A DNA stretch of 64,000 nt, taken from Squalus acanthias. Its lineage: Eukaryota. The notes under the pieces were generated by a model that ran no database searches, was not told the DNA's origin, and saw only the letters and a program-made list of their open reading frames with translations. Below, in pieces: positions 1 to 12,599 of this stretch. The stretch covers positions 121,398,001 through 121,462,000 of the forward strand of contig CM059431.1 in assembly GCA_030390025.1 (NCBI GenBank). Direction: 5' to 3'. Position numbers and translations under genes: made by a program. The first letter of the stretch is position 1. Each line of letters starts with the position of its first letter.

Positions 1-1664
1 CCAGAAGCGGCTTGTTATCAGCCATTGACGGACGGCCCTTGCAGTTTCAACATTGTGGGCCTCCCTCCCGCCTTGGTGCTGATGCTGATCATCCTCCTCA
101 TCCTCCTCCTCTTCCTCCTCCTCCTCCTCAGGTGGTGCACCAATCCCTGGTGACATTGGCTGGGTCCTGAGGATTGCAAGGTTATGAAGCATGCAGCACA
201 CAACTATGAAGAGGGAGACTCACTCAGGAGAGTACTGCAGGGCTCCTCCTGAGTGGTCCAGACAGTGGAACCATTGCTTGAGCACGCTGATCGTCTGCTC
301 AATGATGTTCCTGGTGGCGAGATGGCTCTCATTGTACCACAGCTCAGCAGGGGTGTTGGGGTTACAGTGTGGTGTCATCAGCCAGGTGCAGAGTGGGTAA
401 CCCTTGTCCCCGAGGAGCCAACCACTTGGCTGATGCGGTGCCTGGAAAAGGTCTGGCACAGCAGTCTGGCGCAGGATGAAAGCAGCGTGGCTGCTGCCAG
501 GATAGCAGGCATTGTCGGCGAGTATCAGCTGTCTGTGGTCACAGACCAACTGGACATTTAAGGAGTGGAACCCCTTGCGGTTTTGGAAAACCTCTGCATT
601 CTCATGCGGTACCCGCAATGCCACAAACGTGTAGTCAATGGCGCCCTGCACCATGGGGAAGCCCGCTATCCTTGCAAAGTCAAATGCGCGTTCATGCTGT
701 TTGGCCCGGATCATCGAGAAAGAGATGTACTGGCGGCTCCTTTTATACAGGGCATTTGTCACCTCCCGGATACAGCAATGGACCGCAAACTGGGAGATAT
801 TGACAATGTCCCCAGTAGCTGCTTGAAAGGAGCCGGTGGCATAAAAATTCAGAGCCACTGTGACCTTCACTGCCACCGACAGAGACGCCCTGGTCCTCAG
901 TTGAGGCTGCAGATCTAGTTGCAGCAGTTGGCAGAGCTCAGTGACCACCTCCTTGCTGAAGCACAGCCTACGCAAACACTGCTCCTCAGACAAATGAATG
1001 TAGGAGAATTGTTCCTGGAATACCCTGGGATGGTAAGGTCTACTGTGCAGAGGCCCACTGGCCCTCCTTCCTCTGTCCATGATTGCCAATCTCTCTCTGC
1101 GTCTCTGATGCCTCTGATTCTGCAGGCGCAGGACCATGCCCCGAATCAGTGCAGCCCCCACAGTCTCTTGACAATCGAAGTAATGAAGGTCAAATCCAAA
1201 AGAACCTGCAAAGTGCTGCTCAGTAGCCAAAACTCCTTCACACAGTGTTGACCCTCTACAGAAGTCTCTCTCTCTCTCTCTTTCAGAATCTCTATCAGAA
1301 TGAGTGGTGCAAAAATGTCTACCACAAAAAAAGGCAGGAAGAGGGTGCCTTTAAATAGCGCTCCCCAGCCCCTTTCTGACTGCAAACGCTCCCCTTTACC
1401 TGTCGTTGCTTGCAGCAGGTGGAAAGGAGGGGGTCACCACTCAATATCCGGTCCGGGGCACCACGGGGCGTTGCACGCTCGACTGACGTCACGATCTACA
1501 GGCGCAGGAGATCGTGGCGGTTGAGTTTAGCGTCGCCGCAAAAACTCTGGTCAATTTTGCGAGCGTTGCAAACATCGCCGCACCTGGGCGCTAGTTGCTT
1601 TGCGCCCCATTAGCAACCTCTTAGGGCGCTAACTGAAGGCGCAAAGCAACCAAATTTTTCCCCC
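1..1664 (-). mobile_element. PIF/Harbinger DNA transposon (left part outside window)
   Basis: Contains a HARBI1-like transposase frame; terminus AAATTTTTCCCCC followed by TAA (1665-1667); GCGCTA-type subterminal motifs at 1520-1640. Confidence 0.8.
60..1230 (-). pseudogene. Harbinger (HARBI1-like DDE) transposase, decayed
   Basis: ORF 220..1230 contains [51 protein letters not shown]; usual SHDA reads SHAA; C-terminus and acidic tail continue in a shifted frame below 220. Confidence 0.85.
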
Positions 1665-2644
1665 TAAGTCCTTACTTTATTTGTAATAGGCAGAAACTAT
1701 ACTTTGACTTATCAGACCTGGGTTTGTATCTAGCCCAAACTGCTGGGATAATATGGGATGGTGCTACGCTCTAAGTAGAAAAGTTGTACTTGCAAACAAT
1801 ATGGGTCGGAGATAGGGCTAAAAAATTGTAGCTCTGATTCTCCAACCCGCAGTCCCTGTGCCATTTATGGCTTTTGTTTCTTATCCAGCTGCAAGAATTC
1901 TAAGTTAACAGTTTCAGTTGAGTCCTATTGAACAGAATTGCACAGTATAAATGACCTGAAAGGATGGCTGGGGGAAGGAAATGTCAATGGTGAAACAGGT
2001 AAATCAGTTCTGAAGGTGGGGTTAATACCTATATTGGTTATTTAATCTAGGAATGCTTGATGTTAAAACTGAATGCAAAGTTCCATTTCCACAAAGTTGT
2101 CATCCCATCCTTTAATTTGAATAATCACCTCCTAAACATATCAAAAAAGTATTGAAACAATCAATATAAGGTTTCTTTTTTAAAGGTGCAATCATAGTTT
2201 AGCCTGAACAAAGTATTTCTGTATAATTAGAATTGAAAGAATTTAATAAATTCACTTTTTTGGAGATGCAAAGTGCGAGAGGATTGACATTTATTGGAAT
2301 GTTTATGCACTTGTAAGAATGGATCTGACTCTAGTACATGGCATGTAGTACATAAATTTCAGGTAACATGGGTGACTATTATAATTTCAGCTTCATCACT
2401 ACTGCTGATAGTTCTTGCAGTTTTAATTCATCTTTTAGTAATTGCGTTATAACCTCCTCCCTTTGTAATCCAGCCTTATCCATTGGGTCACTGATGAGTT
2501 CACTCGACATTCATCACCTTTTTTCAGATTGTATACCCGCCCATTCCATGCACCATGCTAAATTCCTGACTCGGTTGTCTATCTGCAGTGTGCACTCTGA
2601 CACAGAATGTATGCAAGCTTCATTACAATGTCTAATATTATGTA

Positions 2645-2832
2645 TGTGAGAAGTCGCACAACACCAGGTTATAGTCCAACAGCTTTATTTGAAATCACAA
2701 GACTTCACCTGACGAAGGAGTAGCGCTCCGAAAGCTTGTGATTTCAAATAAAGCTGTTGGACTATAACCTGGTGTTGTGCGACTTCTCACATTTGTCCAC
2801 CCCAGTCCAACACCGGCATCTCCACATCATGG
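2645..2832 (+). mobile_element. Penelope-like (PLE) mini-insertion: inverted partial pLTRs plus ~40-nt tail
   Basis: 57-bp inverted arms (2645-2701 / 2735-2791), hammerhead motif in spacer, 13-bp TSD CTAATATTATGTA (2632-2644, 2833-2845); same family as 21010-21331 and 31135-31190. Confidence 0.75.
2705..2741 (+). ncRNA. Minimal type I hammerhead ribozyme motif
   Basis: UCAC-CUGACGA-A-GGAGU(AGC)GCUCC-GAAA-GC-UU-GUGA: stem I, CUGANGA core, stem II, GAAA, short palindromic stem III (AGCU), UH. Confidence 0.7.
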
Positions 2833-3161
2833 CTAATATTATGTAAATCAACAGATCGTGGGGATTCAAGTAAAGTTCCTAATTTCTCTCCCATCACGGC
2901 AGTGCGTTAAATTCACCAATTTAAAATGGGCTTTAAAGCCAGCATGGCTCTCCTCTGTGCAGAAGAATATCCTTAAATCTGCATTGCTCTGTTTGTTTTG
3001 ATACCATTCAGTTGCAAGCTATTGGGATTGCTTTCAGTGCTCCCCAAATTCATGGAAGAGGATGAAAAAGAACCAAACCAGGATGTCAAGGAGACCAGAT
3101 GGCACCAATTGCCACTAAACATAACTATAAGTTTGAGTACAGTATATGTCTATACTTCTTC

Positions 3162-5135
3162 AAGGTCAGGTTCAGCAGGGAAGCAGTCACCTGCAATGGC
3201 CTCTCTTCCCGCTCCCGCACCATTACCTTTGACGTCCCCCAAGGATCTATCCTTGGCCCCCTCCTATTTCTCATCTACATGCTGCCCCTTGGCAACATCA
3301 TCCGAAAACACAATGTCAGGTTCTACATGTACGCTGACGACACCCAGCTCTACCTCACCACCACCTCTCTCGACACCTCCACGGTCTCTAAATTGTTTGA
3401 CTGCTTGTCCGACATCCAGTACTGGACGAGCAGAAATTTCCTCCAACTAAATATTGGGAAGACCGAAGCCACTGGCCCTGATTTTTCGGTCCGAGGCGGC
3501 TTGGGAGCGGGACAGCTGCCTTCCGGGTTCCAGTCCCACCCCCAATGACATCAGACGCACAGACGCGATTTTGCATCAATTGGCCTTGTTAAGCCCACCC
3601 TGCCGGCCAATTAAAAGGAAGCCAGTGTCAGATGACGTCAGTTGATGACGCATCATCTGCCAGTTTTATTAAAGGGGCCACGCACAATTTATTTTCACAG
3701 CTGATTTCTCAGTGTTTGACAGCATTGAGGTGTTGCAAACACTGACAAACACTGTACAAAGGTGAGCTCTTGCACCCAGACTCTCCAGTGACTCCTCCTT
3801 AGGCTAGAACAGATGGCAGCTGTAGGTGAGATTACAGAAGCGATCTGTCACTGGTGAGAGAGGTTCTCCCAATGAGATGGGACTACACATACACTCCAAA
3901 ACTTGTCACCTACAGAAAAGTCTAAATGCATTAAAAATGATTTTCGCAACATTTTCTTACCTCTGAAACCTCACCAGTGTACCATTGGATCCTTCACACC
4001 ACTTCTGCAGCTGTCATCAATGAACAAACTTTACAATAGACAGCATGCCACACTTACTTGGCGTGGTGTCCGGATGTCGGGAAGCCCGCAGTAGACCTGT
4101 CAAAATTGCAAAAAGCCTCTTAACTGCCTGTTAACAACCTGTTAACAAGCAGTTAAGTGCCTATAATCTTCTTCCCGCCGCTAGGTGTCGGGTCCATGCG
4201 CAAATCGGGGACCCGACACCTGGGAAGATTGTTTGGAGGCGGGTTGATAGTGGGTTTCCGACCCGCTGTCAATCTTTGCGATTTTGCCGGATGTCCCGCC
4301 TCCAAACCCGCCCCCTGAGTGCCGGCAAAATTCCCCCCATTGTGTTCGGTCCCCGCCAAAACCTTCTTTCTCTTGCCACTGACTCCATCCCTCTCCCTGG
4401 CAACTGTCTGAGGCTGAACCAGACTGTATGCAACTTTGGTGCCGTATTTGACCTTGAGCTGAGCTCCCTGCCACATATCCATGTGATCACTAAGACTGCC
4501 TATTTCCACCTCGGTAACATCGCACGTCTCTGCCTCAGCTTATCTGCTGCTGAAACCCTCATCTGTGCCTTTGTTCCCTCTAGACTTAACTATTCCAAAG
4601 CATTCCTGGCCAGCTTCCCATCTTCCACACTCCATAAAATAAAGCTCCTCCAAAACTGTGCCGCTTGTGTCTTGACTCGCACAAAGTCCCATTCACCCAT
4701 CACTCCTGTGCTCGCTGACCTACATTGGCTCTTGGTTAAGCAACACCTCGATTTTAAAATTCTCATCCTTGTTTTCAAATCCCTACATGTCCTCGCCCCT
4801 CCCTATCTCTGTAACCTCCTCCAGCCCTACAAACCTCCGAGATATCTGCGCTCCTCCAATTCTGGCCTCTTGCACATTCCCGAATTTAATCGTTCCACCA
4901 TTGGCGGCTGTGCCTTCAGCTGCCGAGGCCCTAAGCTCTGGAATTCCCTCCCTAAACCTCTCCGCCTCTCTACCTCTCTTTCCTCCATCAAGACGGTCCT
5001 TAAAACCTACCTTTCTCTGCCCTAAACTCTCCTTAAGTGGCTTGGTGTCAAATTTTGTTTGATAACGCTCCTGTGAAGCACCTTGGGATGTTTTACTACA
5101 TTATAGGCACTATATAAATGCAAGTTGTTGTTGTT
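3162..5135 (+). mobile_element. L2-clade LINE 3' fragment, interrupted by MITE 3474-4338
   Basis: RT motifs VPQGSILGPLLF and YADD; frame resumes after the insert (LHWL, LWNSLP); tail ...TATATAAATGCAAG(TTG)n. Confidence 0.9.
3474..4338. mobile_element. Non-autonomous Harbinger-type element (~865 bp)
   Basis: Imperfect TIR GGCCCTGATTTT/AAAATTCCCCCC; 3-bp flanks ACT/ATT; splits the L2 sequence GAAGCCATTGT; inverted copy at 6161-7033. Confidence 0.85.
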
Positions 5136-5224
5136 ACTGAGCTATGCTATTTGTTGCAAGAGGTTAGCTAACCTTTAGCATAGGGATGACACTGCCAGTG
5201 TCAGTCAAGATCACCACCATTCTT

Positions 5225-5895
5225 AAAATCTATGCCTCTTCCTGCTTCCAAACTACTACAGGAGTCATCTGTAGTATCAGGCAATTTGATGTATCAAAAA
5301 GGTGACCAATGTATTTTTCAGCAAAGTCAACAATTTCATCTAATTTCTCTGAAGCAACAGCCACATGCTAAGGCTACCCAGTTCCAGTGCAATCCTGGAT
5401 TTGCCAAAGTCCGGAGGGTCACTAATGGCACTCACTTGACCATCTGGGCCCTTAGGCCCAATGCAATGCCCAACATAAACAGAAAGGGGTCTACTCAATC
5501 AATGTTCAGCTGGTTAGTGATCATCAAAATTATATCATGCGGGTCATTGCCTGCTTCCCAGGATTCAGTTACAATTCTTTCACTTTAAGACAGTCATCTG
5601 TGCCAGGTTTATTTGAAGGTGAATGCTAGGATAGCTCCTCAGAGATCAAAACTTCTCTCTTCAGCTAGGACTAATGACACACTTTGTGATGACCACAGAC
5701 AGAAGCAGAGCACAGATACAACAAAGCCCATGAAACGGCCAAGATAATTATAAAGCTTATCACTGCAATGTTAATGCAGCATTTCAGATGCCTGTAAAAA
5801 TTAGGAGTGCCTTAAATTGACGTCATGCTATGATCTTCAAAATCATCCTTAGCTGCTGCATGCTAGACTACTTTGCTGTACAAAGAGGCCTAATC
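5225..5895 (+). pseudogene. Highly decayed Harbinger transposase remnant
   Basis: GFAKV..NGTHL, INRKG, and a CCML..FAVQRG-like C-terminal segment across shifted frames. Confidence 0.6.
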
Positions 5896-6160
5896 TTGGA
5901 GAGAAAAGAGGCTAACCTAAAATTAAGGCACAACACAGACACATGGGTCCAGTTTGATCTGAACACCAATTTTACCCTGGCTAAACCAGGGTAACTGAGG
6001 TCAATTGTAGAGCCCCTATAACAGCTCCAGTTGAGTTCAACAAATTCAGCAAAAAACAGACACCGAACCTGAGCCCTTCCTCTTCAATTTGACTCAGCTA
6101 TTCACTGAATAAACTTGCACAACCATTGGGTTCAAGAAGTAGACTTGTAAAGAACATAAA

Positions 6161-7033
6161 GTGGGGAACTTTGCCGGCACTCAGGGGGCAGCTTTGGAGG
6201 CAGGACATCTGGCAAAATTGCAAAGATTGACAGCGGGTCGGAAACCCACTATCAACCCGCCTCCAAACAATCTTCCCAGGTGTCGGGTCCCCGATTTGCG
6301 CATGGACCCGACACCTAGCGGCGGGAAGAAGATTATAGGCACTTAACTGCTTGTTAACAGGTTGTTAACAGGCAGTTAAGAGGCTTTTTGCAATTTTGAC
6401 AGGTCTACTGCGGGCTTCCCGACATCCGGACACCACGCCAGGTAAGTGTGGCATGCTGTCTATTGTAAAGTTTGTTCATTGATGACAGCTGCAGAAGTGG
6501 TGTGAAGGATCCAATGGTACACTGGTGAGTTTCAGAGGTAAGAAAATGTTGGGAAAATCATTTTTAATGTATTTAGACTTTTCTGTAGGTGACAAGTTTT
6601 GGATTGTGTGTGTAGTCCCACCTCATTGGGAGAACCTCTCTCACTAGTGACAGACTGCTTCTGTAACCTCACCTGCAACTGCCATCTGTTCTAGCCTAAG
6701 GAGGGAGTCACTGGAGAGCCTGGGTACAAGGGCTCACCTTTGTACAGTGATTGTCAGTGTTTGCAGCACCTCAATACTGTCAAACACTGAAAAATCAGCT
6801 GTAAAAAAAAGTTGTGCGTGGCCCCTTTAAGAAAACCGACAGATGACACGTCATCAACTGACGTCATCTGACACTGGTTTCCTCTTAATTGGCTGGCAAG
6901 CCCACAGGGTGGGCTTAACAAGGCCAATTGATGCAAAATCGCATCTGTGCGTTGGATGTCGTTGGGGGCGGGATTGGATCCCGGATGGCAGCTGTCCCGC
7001 CCCCAAGCCGCATCGAGAGGAAAAATCGTGGCC
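6161..7033. mobile_element. Non-autonomous Harbinger-type element, inverted copy of 3474-4338
   Basis: Reverse-complement match along its length; AAA TSD (6158-6160, 7034-7036). Confidence 0.85.
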
Positions 7034-8344
7034 AAAATTTCTGTTGGCAATATTAGAGGATAAAGGCTGAATGCATTTGTATGTCATATCTCAGTCTGTT
7101 ATTTTAGCAGAAGTGTTAACCTGCTTAAAATAAATGGGTTAACAGCTGTGCTAAATTGATAGCAGAGGAACATCATTCCAAATGTGTGTAGCATTCATTG
7201 ATATTGCTAACCGTAATTTCTAAGTTCATGTGTTGTAATATTTAAATACTAAATATTTGGCAAAAAGAGCTTAATACACCTTGGATTTTTTTTGTAAAGG
7301 TGCATTATATTGGTAGTTACATGGTCAACAAATATTATCTGGTAATAAACATGACATATGAAACTATTATTAAATACCTCCTGATAAGTGCATCATGGCA
7401 TTTCAAAACTTGATACTACAGGACAAAGAAAATCTGACTCTGCCTCCATCATCTGGTATCTTTAGGTATTGTTCAACCTCTGCTGTGATAATTACATATG
7501 GAAAGTTAAGGAAGGCTACAGGCCATTCGACCAATCAATATTTATCTTGGACAGGCATTTGGTGAGAACATCAATCGAGGGGTACAGGTAGTGACCAGTT
7601 TACTCTATTTTTCAACTCTGTGGTAGGTTATGATGGATTGACATGGTCTGTTCTGGTTTTGTGTTATCCTAATTCTCCTATTATAGTATCCAGCTGCATT
7701 TTGAATGCCCTTAATGTTATGCCTTTAATGCCCACCCTCCTCCCACCCCCCATCCTTCCATCCAGATGATTATTCCAAACATTTATCAAACTTTGAGTAA
7801 ATACATTTTCCCTAATATTTATTTGATTTCCCTTTCACATGAACCTGTTGTTATGTTGGTCTAGGGCCTGGTGTAACCAAGGCACGTCAAGCACCTTCAA
7901 TGTTACCAGAATCACCTGACCATGCACAGCCCTAGAATCCATCCTCAAATCCCATGAAAGCACAGCCAAGCTAGTTTCTCAAGAATATGTGATCTTTATT
8001 TCCAGGTGCTTTGACAATACAAATACAAATAAAAAGTTAGCCTGGAAGAGAAATCTCAATTGAATCCTATTCAATACTAATTGAGAATTCATTTGTGAGG
8101 GAATGTATAGAGTTTCCACCTGCATCAGATTAACAAAAGAGCAGATTAAAATCAATCTTTGAGCATACCCCAATCCTCCGATCAGCATAAATGCAACCTT
8201 GAAGCTTCAGCAGAATGGAAAAGAGTAACTTTTACTTTTAGTCATTGTGCCCAACTAGCAAAATGTGCTGTGTCAAATCCAAAAGATCATCCAAACATGC
8301 AATTAAGACAGAACCTGCACATTGACTTTTGGCATTGACAGTGA

Positions 8345-9100
8345 TCACCTTGTTGAAATCCTATGTTTCCTCCTAACTGCAACCTTCGATCCTATTTGAC
8401 ACTGAGCTGAGCTTTCAAACCCATATCCTCTCCATCACCAAGACAGCCTCCTTCCACCTCCGTAACATCGCCCGTCTCTGCCCCAGCCTCAGCTTATCTG
8501 CTGCTGAAATTCTCATCCATGCCTTTCTGAGCTCTAGACTCGACTATTCCAATGCTCTCCTAGCTGGCTTCCCACCTTACACCTTCTGTAAACTCGAGCT
8601 CATTCAAAACTCTGTTGCCCATATCCTAACTTGCGCCAAATCCTGTTCACCCACACCTCTATGCTCGCTGACCTACATTGGCTCCCTGTCCGGCAACACC
8701 TTGATTTAAAAATTCTCATCTTTGTATTCAAATCGCTCCATGGCCTCGCCCCTCCCTATCTCTGTAACCTCCGCCAGCCCTACAACCCTCTGAGATATCT
8801 GCACTCCTCTAATTCTGGCCTCCTACCCATCTCCGATTTTCATTACTCCACCATTGGCAGCTGTGCCTTCAGCTGTTTAGGCCCTAAGCTGTAGAATTCT
8901 CTCCCAAACCTCTCCGCTTCTCTTTCTTCCTTTAAGACACTACTTAAAACCTACATCCTTGACCAAGGTTTTGATCACCTGTCCTAATATCTGCTTATGT
9001 GGCTCGGCGTCAAATTTTCTTTGCTGACGCTCCTGTGAAGTGTCTTGGGATGTTTTACTACGTCAAAAGCACAATATAAATGCAAGTTGTTGTTGTTGTT
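8345..9100 (+). mobile_element. L2-clade LINE 3' fragment
   Basis: LADLHWLPVRQHLDLKIL..LAPPYL; homologous to 4450-5135; (TTG)n tail. Confidence 0.9.
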
Positions 9101-9777
9101 GCAGCCCAACATTCGCTGCACTGAAGCTGTGGCTGGTGATTTCTTCCACATAGTCAATGTAGGTTAAGGCATTATAAAAATAATTAGCCTGAAAAAAATA
9201 AGACACTTGTTGAGGCTGAGCCAGGCGAAATCCACCAAAACCTGCTTTCCATCTTTGGCGTACTGCTGAATTGCTGTCCCAGCTTGCAGTCGGCAGTAGG
9301 CTTGGGATGGGTTGAAGATTTTAAAAAACAACAACTTGCCTTCATGTAGCACCATTAACATAGCAAAGCTTCACAAAAATCAGAAAAGAGGATGCTGCTC
9401 CAAAGGGAGCAAAAGTCATGAAAGGAAGGGTCATCAACCCCCTTTTGGGGCATTTTGTTGGCGTAGGTCCCACTGGGCCTATCCCAGGACATTCTGGCCA
9501 GCATTTCCCAGAGTAGCTCAGGAATGCCCCCGAGACAGACCCCCGAAATCTCTGCCAAATTGTATCGGAGCCCAAATTTCCACGCGACTGGATTTTAGGA
9601 CGGAGCAGAAACGAGGCAAAAATCCGATGGTTCTGACTTCTGTCCCAGAATAGATATTTTGTTAGTTTCTCACCTGGATTCCTTATTTTCACACTCAGGG
9701 TCTGGTATTTTAGTTTTTACGGTGTGAGAGTAGCAATGCAGAACTCATGGGTTTAAATCCCACCATGGCAAACTTTT

Positions 9778-10024
9778 GGCAGGGGCGGAGTCGGGCGATG
9801 TTACAGAGGTGGAAATAGGCAGCCTTAGTGATGGCACAGATATGGGATTGGAAGCTCATCTCGGGGTCAAATATGAGACCAAGGTTGTGAACAGTCTGGT
9901 TCAGCCTCAGACAGTTGCCAGGGAGAGGGATGGAGTTGGGGGCTAGGGAACGGAGTTTGTGGCGGGAACCGACGACAATGGCTTCGGTCTTCCCAATATT
10001 TAGTTGGAGGAAATTTCTCCTCAT
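9778..10024 (-). mobile_element. L2-clade LINE internal fragment
   Basis: NFLQLNIGKTEAIVVG..LRLNQTVHNLGLIFD; shows the uninterrupted version of the site disrupted at 3474. Confidence 0.85.
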
Positions 10025-10773
10025 CGAAGAAGAAAGCCCAATACCACCTTCTCAGGATCACCAGGGATGGGCAATAAATGCCGCCAGTGTCACCATGTCC
10101 TGGGAATAAATTTAAAAGATCCAAGCTTCTCTCAGAATTTGCTTTGTTTCCTGAAATCAGATGCATTTGAAAGTAAAAGTCTGGATGTGACAATGATCAT
10201 AGGATGAAAGTGAAGGCACTTACACAAAGAATGCAAATTTGGAAAAAAAACAGAGGAGGGTCACAAATAAAAATCTGAAGGAAAAATATTTCAAACTATG
10301 CATATACTGGAAGGCCCCAAAAAAGACAGTCCTCTCAAATTTATTGACTACTAACTGAGATTCTGAATGTTTTGGGCAAATTTCAAAATTGTGCTTTGAA
10401 GCAAAAACTTGCATCCAATGAGAGGAGTGGACTGGCCATATGTGAAATTGGGAGATTTCCCGAGAACGCCTGTGCATCGTTCCATCGTGCTGTATTATCA
10501 GTGGCCCCTACTTTTTGCATGAGAATCCCAAAGAATCCAGCGCCCTTTCAAGAGAACCAATCTGTCCCTTTGACCCTGAATTTCCTAGAAACCTCCAGCG
10601 AAATAACGCTGTAATGCAGATTTTCTGCGCATAAAATGGAGGAAATTCATGCTTAAATGAGTCACGACAGTTTTTACGCTATGTCCAAGTGCCCTCAACC
10701 TTTTGTGCTGTTTCAGCGAAACATTCACTACAAACCTCTGCTGTTCATTAGCGTAGCCCCACTCCCATACAAA

Positions 10774-11505
10774 GGACGAGAGAATGTGATCATTGGGGCG
10801 CTACCATCGCCAGGGCGGTAAGTTTAGCGCCCAGCGATAATTAGCGCCCCATATTGCGACATTGGCTTTAGCACTCTAACAATGAAGTGGAGCGCTAAAT
10901 CAAGCGCTACCACTTCACTTAGGGCACTAACAGGCTGGTAGAACCAGGACACTAATGAAGTTAGCGCTCAGCGCTACTGGCCTTGGAGGTTCTTTCCCTG
11001 GATTAAAGGGACGGACCCAATGCTTACTCCAGCATCAGGTAAGGCCGGGGATGGGTGGGCAATGGCACCCGTAGGCCCCATGGAGCAGCCCCAAGCACCC
11101 AATAGAGTGTAGGGCTGCCCCATCGGTGGCACCAAAAGTGGCAAAAGGCCTTACCCGGGCGCTAATTAAAGGTTGGCCTACTTGACAGCCGATGCCTTTA
11201 ATTAGCGCCCTTCGACTCGCCAGGCAATGCTGCAGTGCCTGCTCCAGCAGTTGCTATTAGCGCCCGGTGAAGGTGGAGGGAGTGCTACTCAATTTCCCGG
11301 TGGGGCGCTAACGGGACGCTAATGGAACGCTGCGCACCCGGATGACATCACGATCTCTGGGGCACAGGGTTCCAAGGCGCTAACCGCCTACTGAATTTAT
11401 AGCGCGGCGCTGTTTTCAGCCCGCCCGGGCACTAACCCATTATCGCCCCATAAGGGCCCAGGCGGGGCACTAACGAGAGGCGCTAAACTACACAATTTCT
11501 AGCTC
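10774..11505. mobile_element. GCGCTA-motif-rich MITE, probably Harbinger-derived
   Basis: About 20 GCGCTA/TAGCGC or GCACTA variants; right end CAATTTCTAGCTC resembles other Harbinger termini; left boundary uncertain. Confidence 0.6.
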
Positions 11506-12599
11506 ATGTGAGTTCCCTGCAATTATGCCAGTTATGAATGGGCTGCAAATTTGGGCCCATAATTTTACCACAGCAGTCATATATCTGGTGTCTTTTGGCA
11601 TATTTTTTTAATCACATTTTTAAATTTCTTTTCACTGAGACCTACACTGTATTTTCTGTATCTTTGAATATATTTTCAGGGCATCAAAATGAGTTACGTT
11701 AAATCTTCCATAATGGCATTTTCTTAAACATGCTGGGCTAGAAATTGCTCCCCTCAGCGCCACTCCGTAGCACCATTAAATGGCGCTAAAATGCCGACTG
11801 CCGCTCTTTCACCAGCTGGTGGTAGTTCCTGCAGCAGCCGCCATTTCGGTCCTTACCTTTGCGCTGCCAATAACTGGAAGCGTCATGCTGGACAAAATGG
11901 CGGCGTGGTGATGTCAATTAGCCTGCAAGCAGGCTGAAAGTGGCGATGTCTGCACCTCTTAAAGGAACACACACATCTTTCAGGTAATTTTGGATTTCAG
12001 CTTTTGGACTTTTCTTTTTGATTTTACTGAAGTAGTAGCTTGCTGCAGTAGATGTGAAAAGTTTTTTAAGTGTGTAGGGAGTACTGCTGGATGCTCGCAA
12101 GGGCTCGGATGGTAAATGAAGGCCTTTGGGAAGACAGAAAATTCTGCAAATACTCAGCAGATCAGGCAACTTCCGTGGAGAGAAAAACAGAGTTCACATC
12201 TGAGGTTGACATGCTGTCTGGCCAGCTGAGTATTTCCAACATTTTATGCTGTCATTTCAGATTTACAGCATCCGCTCACAGAGGGAAGAGGAACACACAG
12301 AAAAGAAGGAAAGCAAAGAGGAGGAAGCAGAAGAGGAGGAAGCAGATGGAAGGATGCATCCCAGACAACCCCTTTGTGGCCGGGATATCTGGGATGGAAT
12401 CATCACCTGCGGTCCCAGTGACCACAGCCCAATTACCCTTTCAACATTAGCCCCACACCTTACCTTCCAACTGTTACTGACCATCACAATGTCCTCTTGG
12501 CCACGATGATGAAATAAAAGCCACCGCAAAGCAAACTTTCCAATTCAACTTTATACATCTACCCATCCAATATGACCTCAAGAAATCAACTTATCACCC

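Noticed and set aside
220..1230. Host HARBI1 gene
   Set aside because: Lies inside a TIR-bounded element, has a frameshifted C-terminus and an altered SHD motif, and many paralogous remnants occur nearby
9200..9600. Possible additional MITE (also 10573-10655, 14575-14840, 17598-18500, 21618-21980, 22603-22930, 40959-41191, 52100-52575)
   Set aside because: GC-rich with terminus-like words, but paired TIRs and TSDs could not be established
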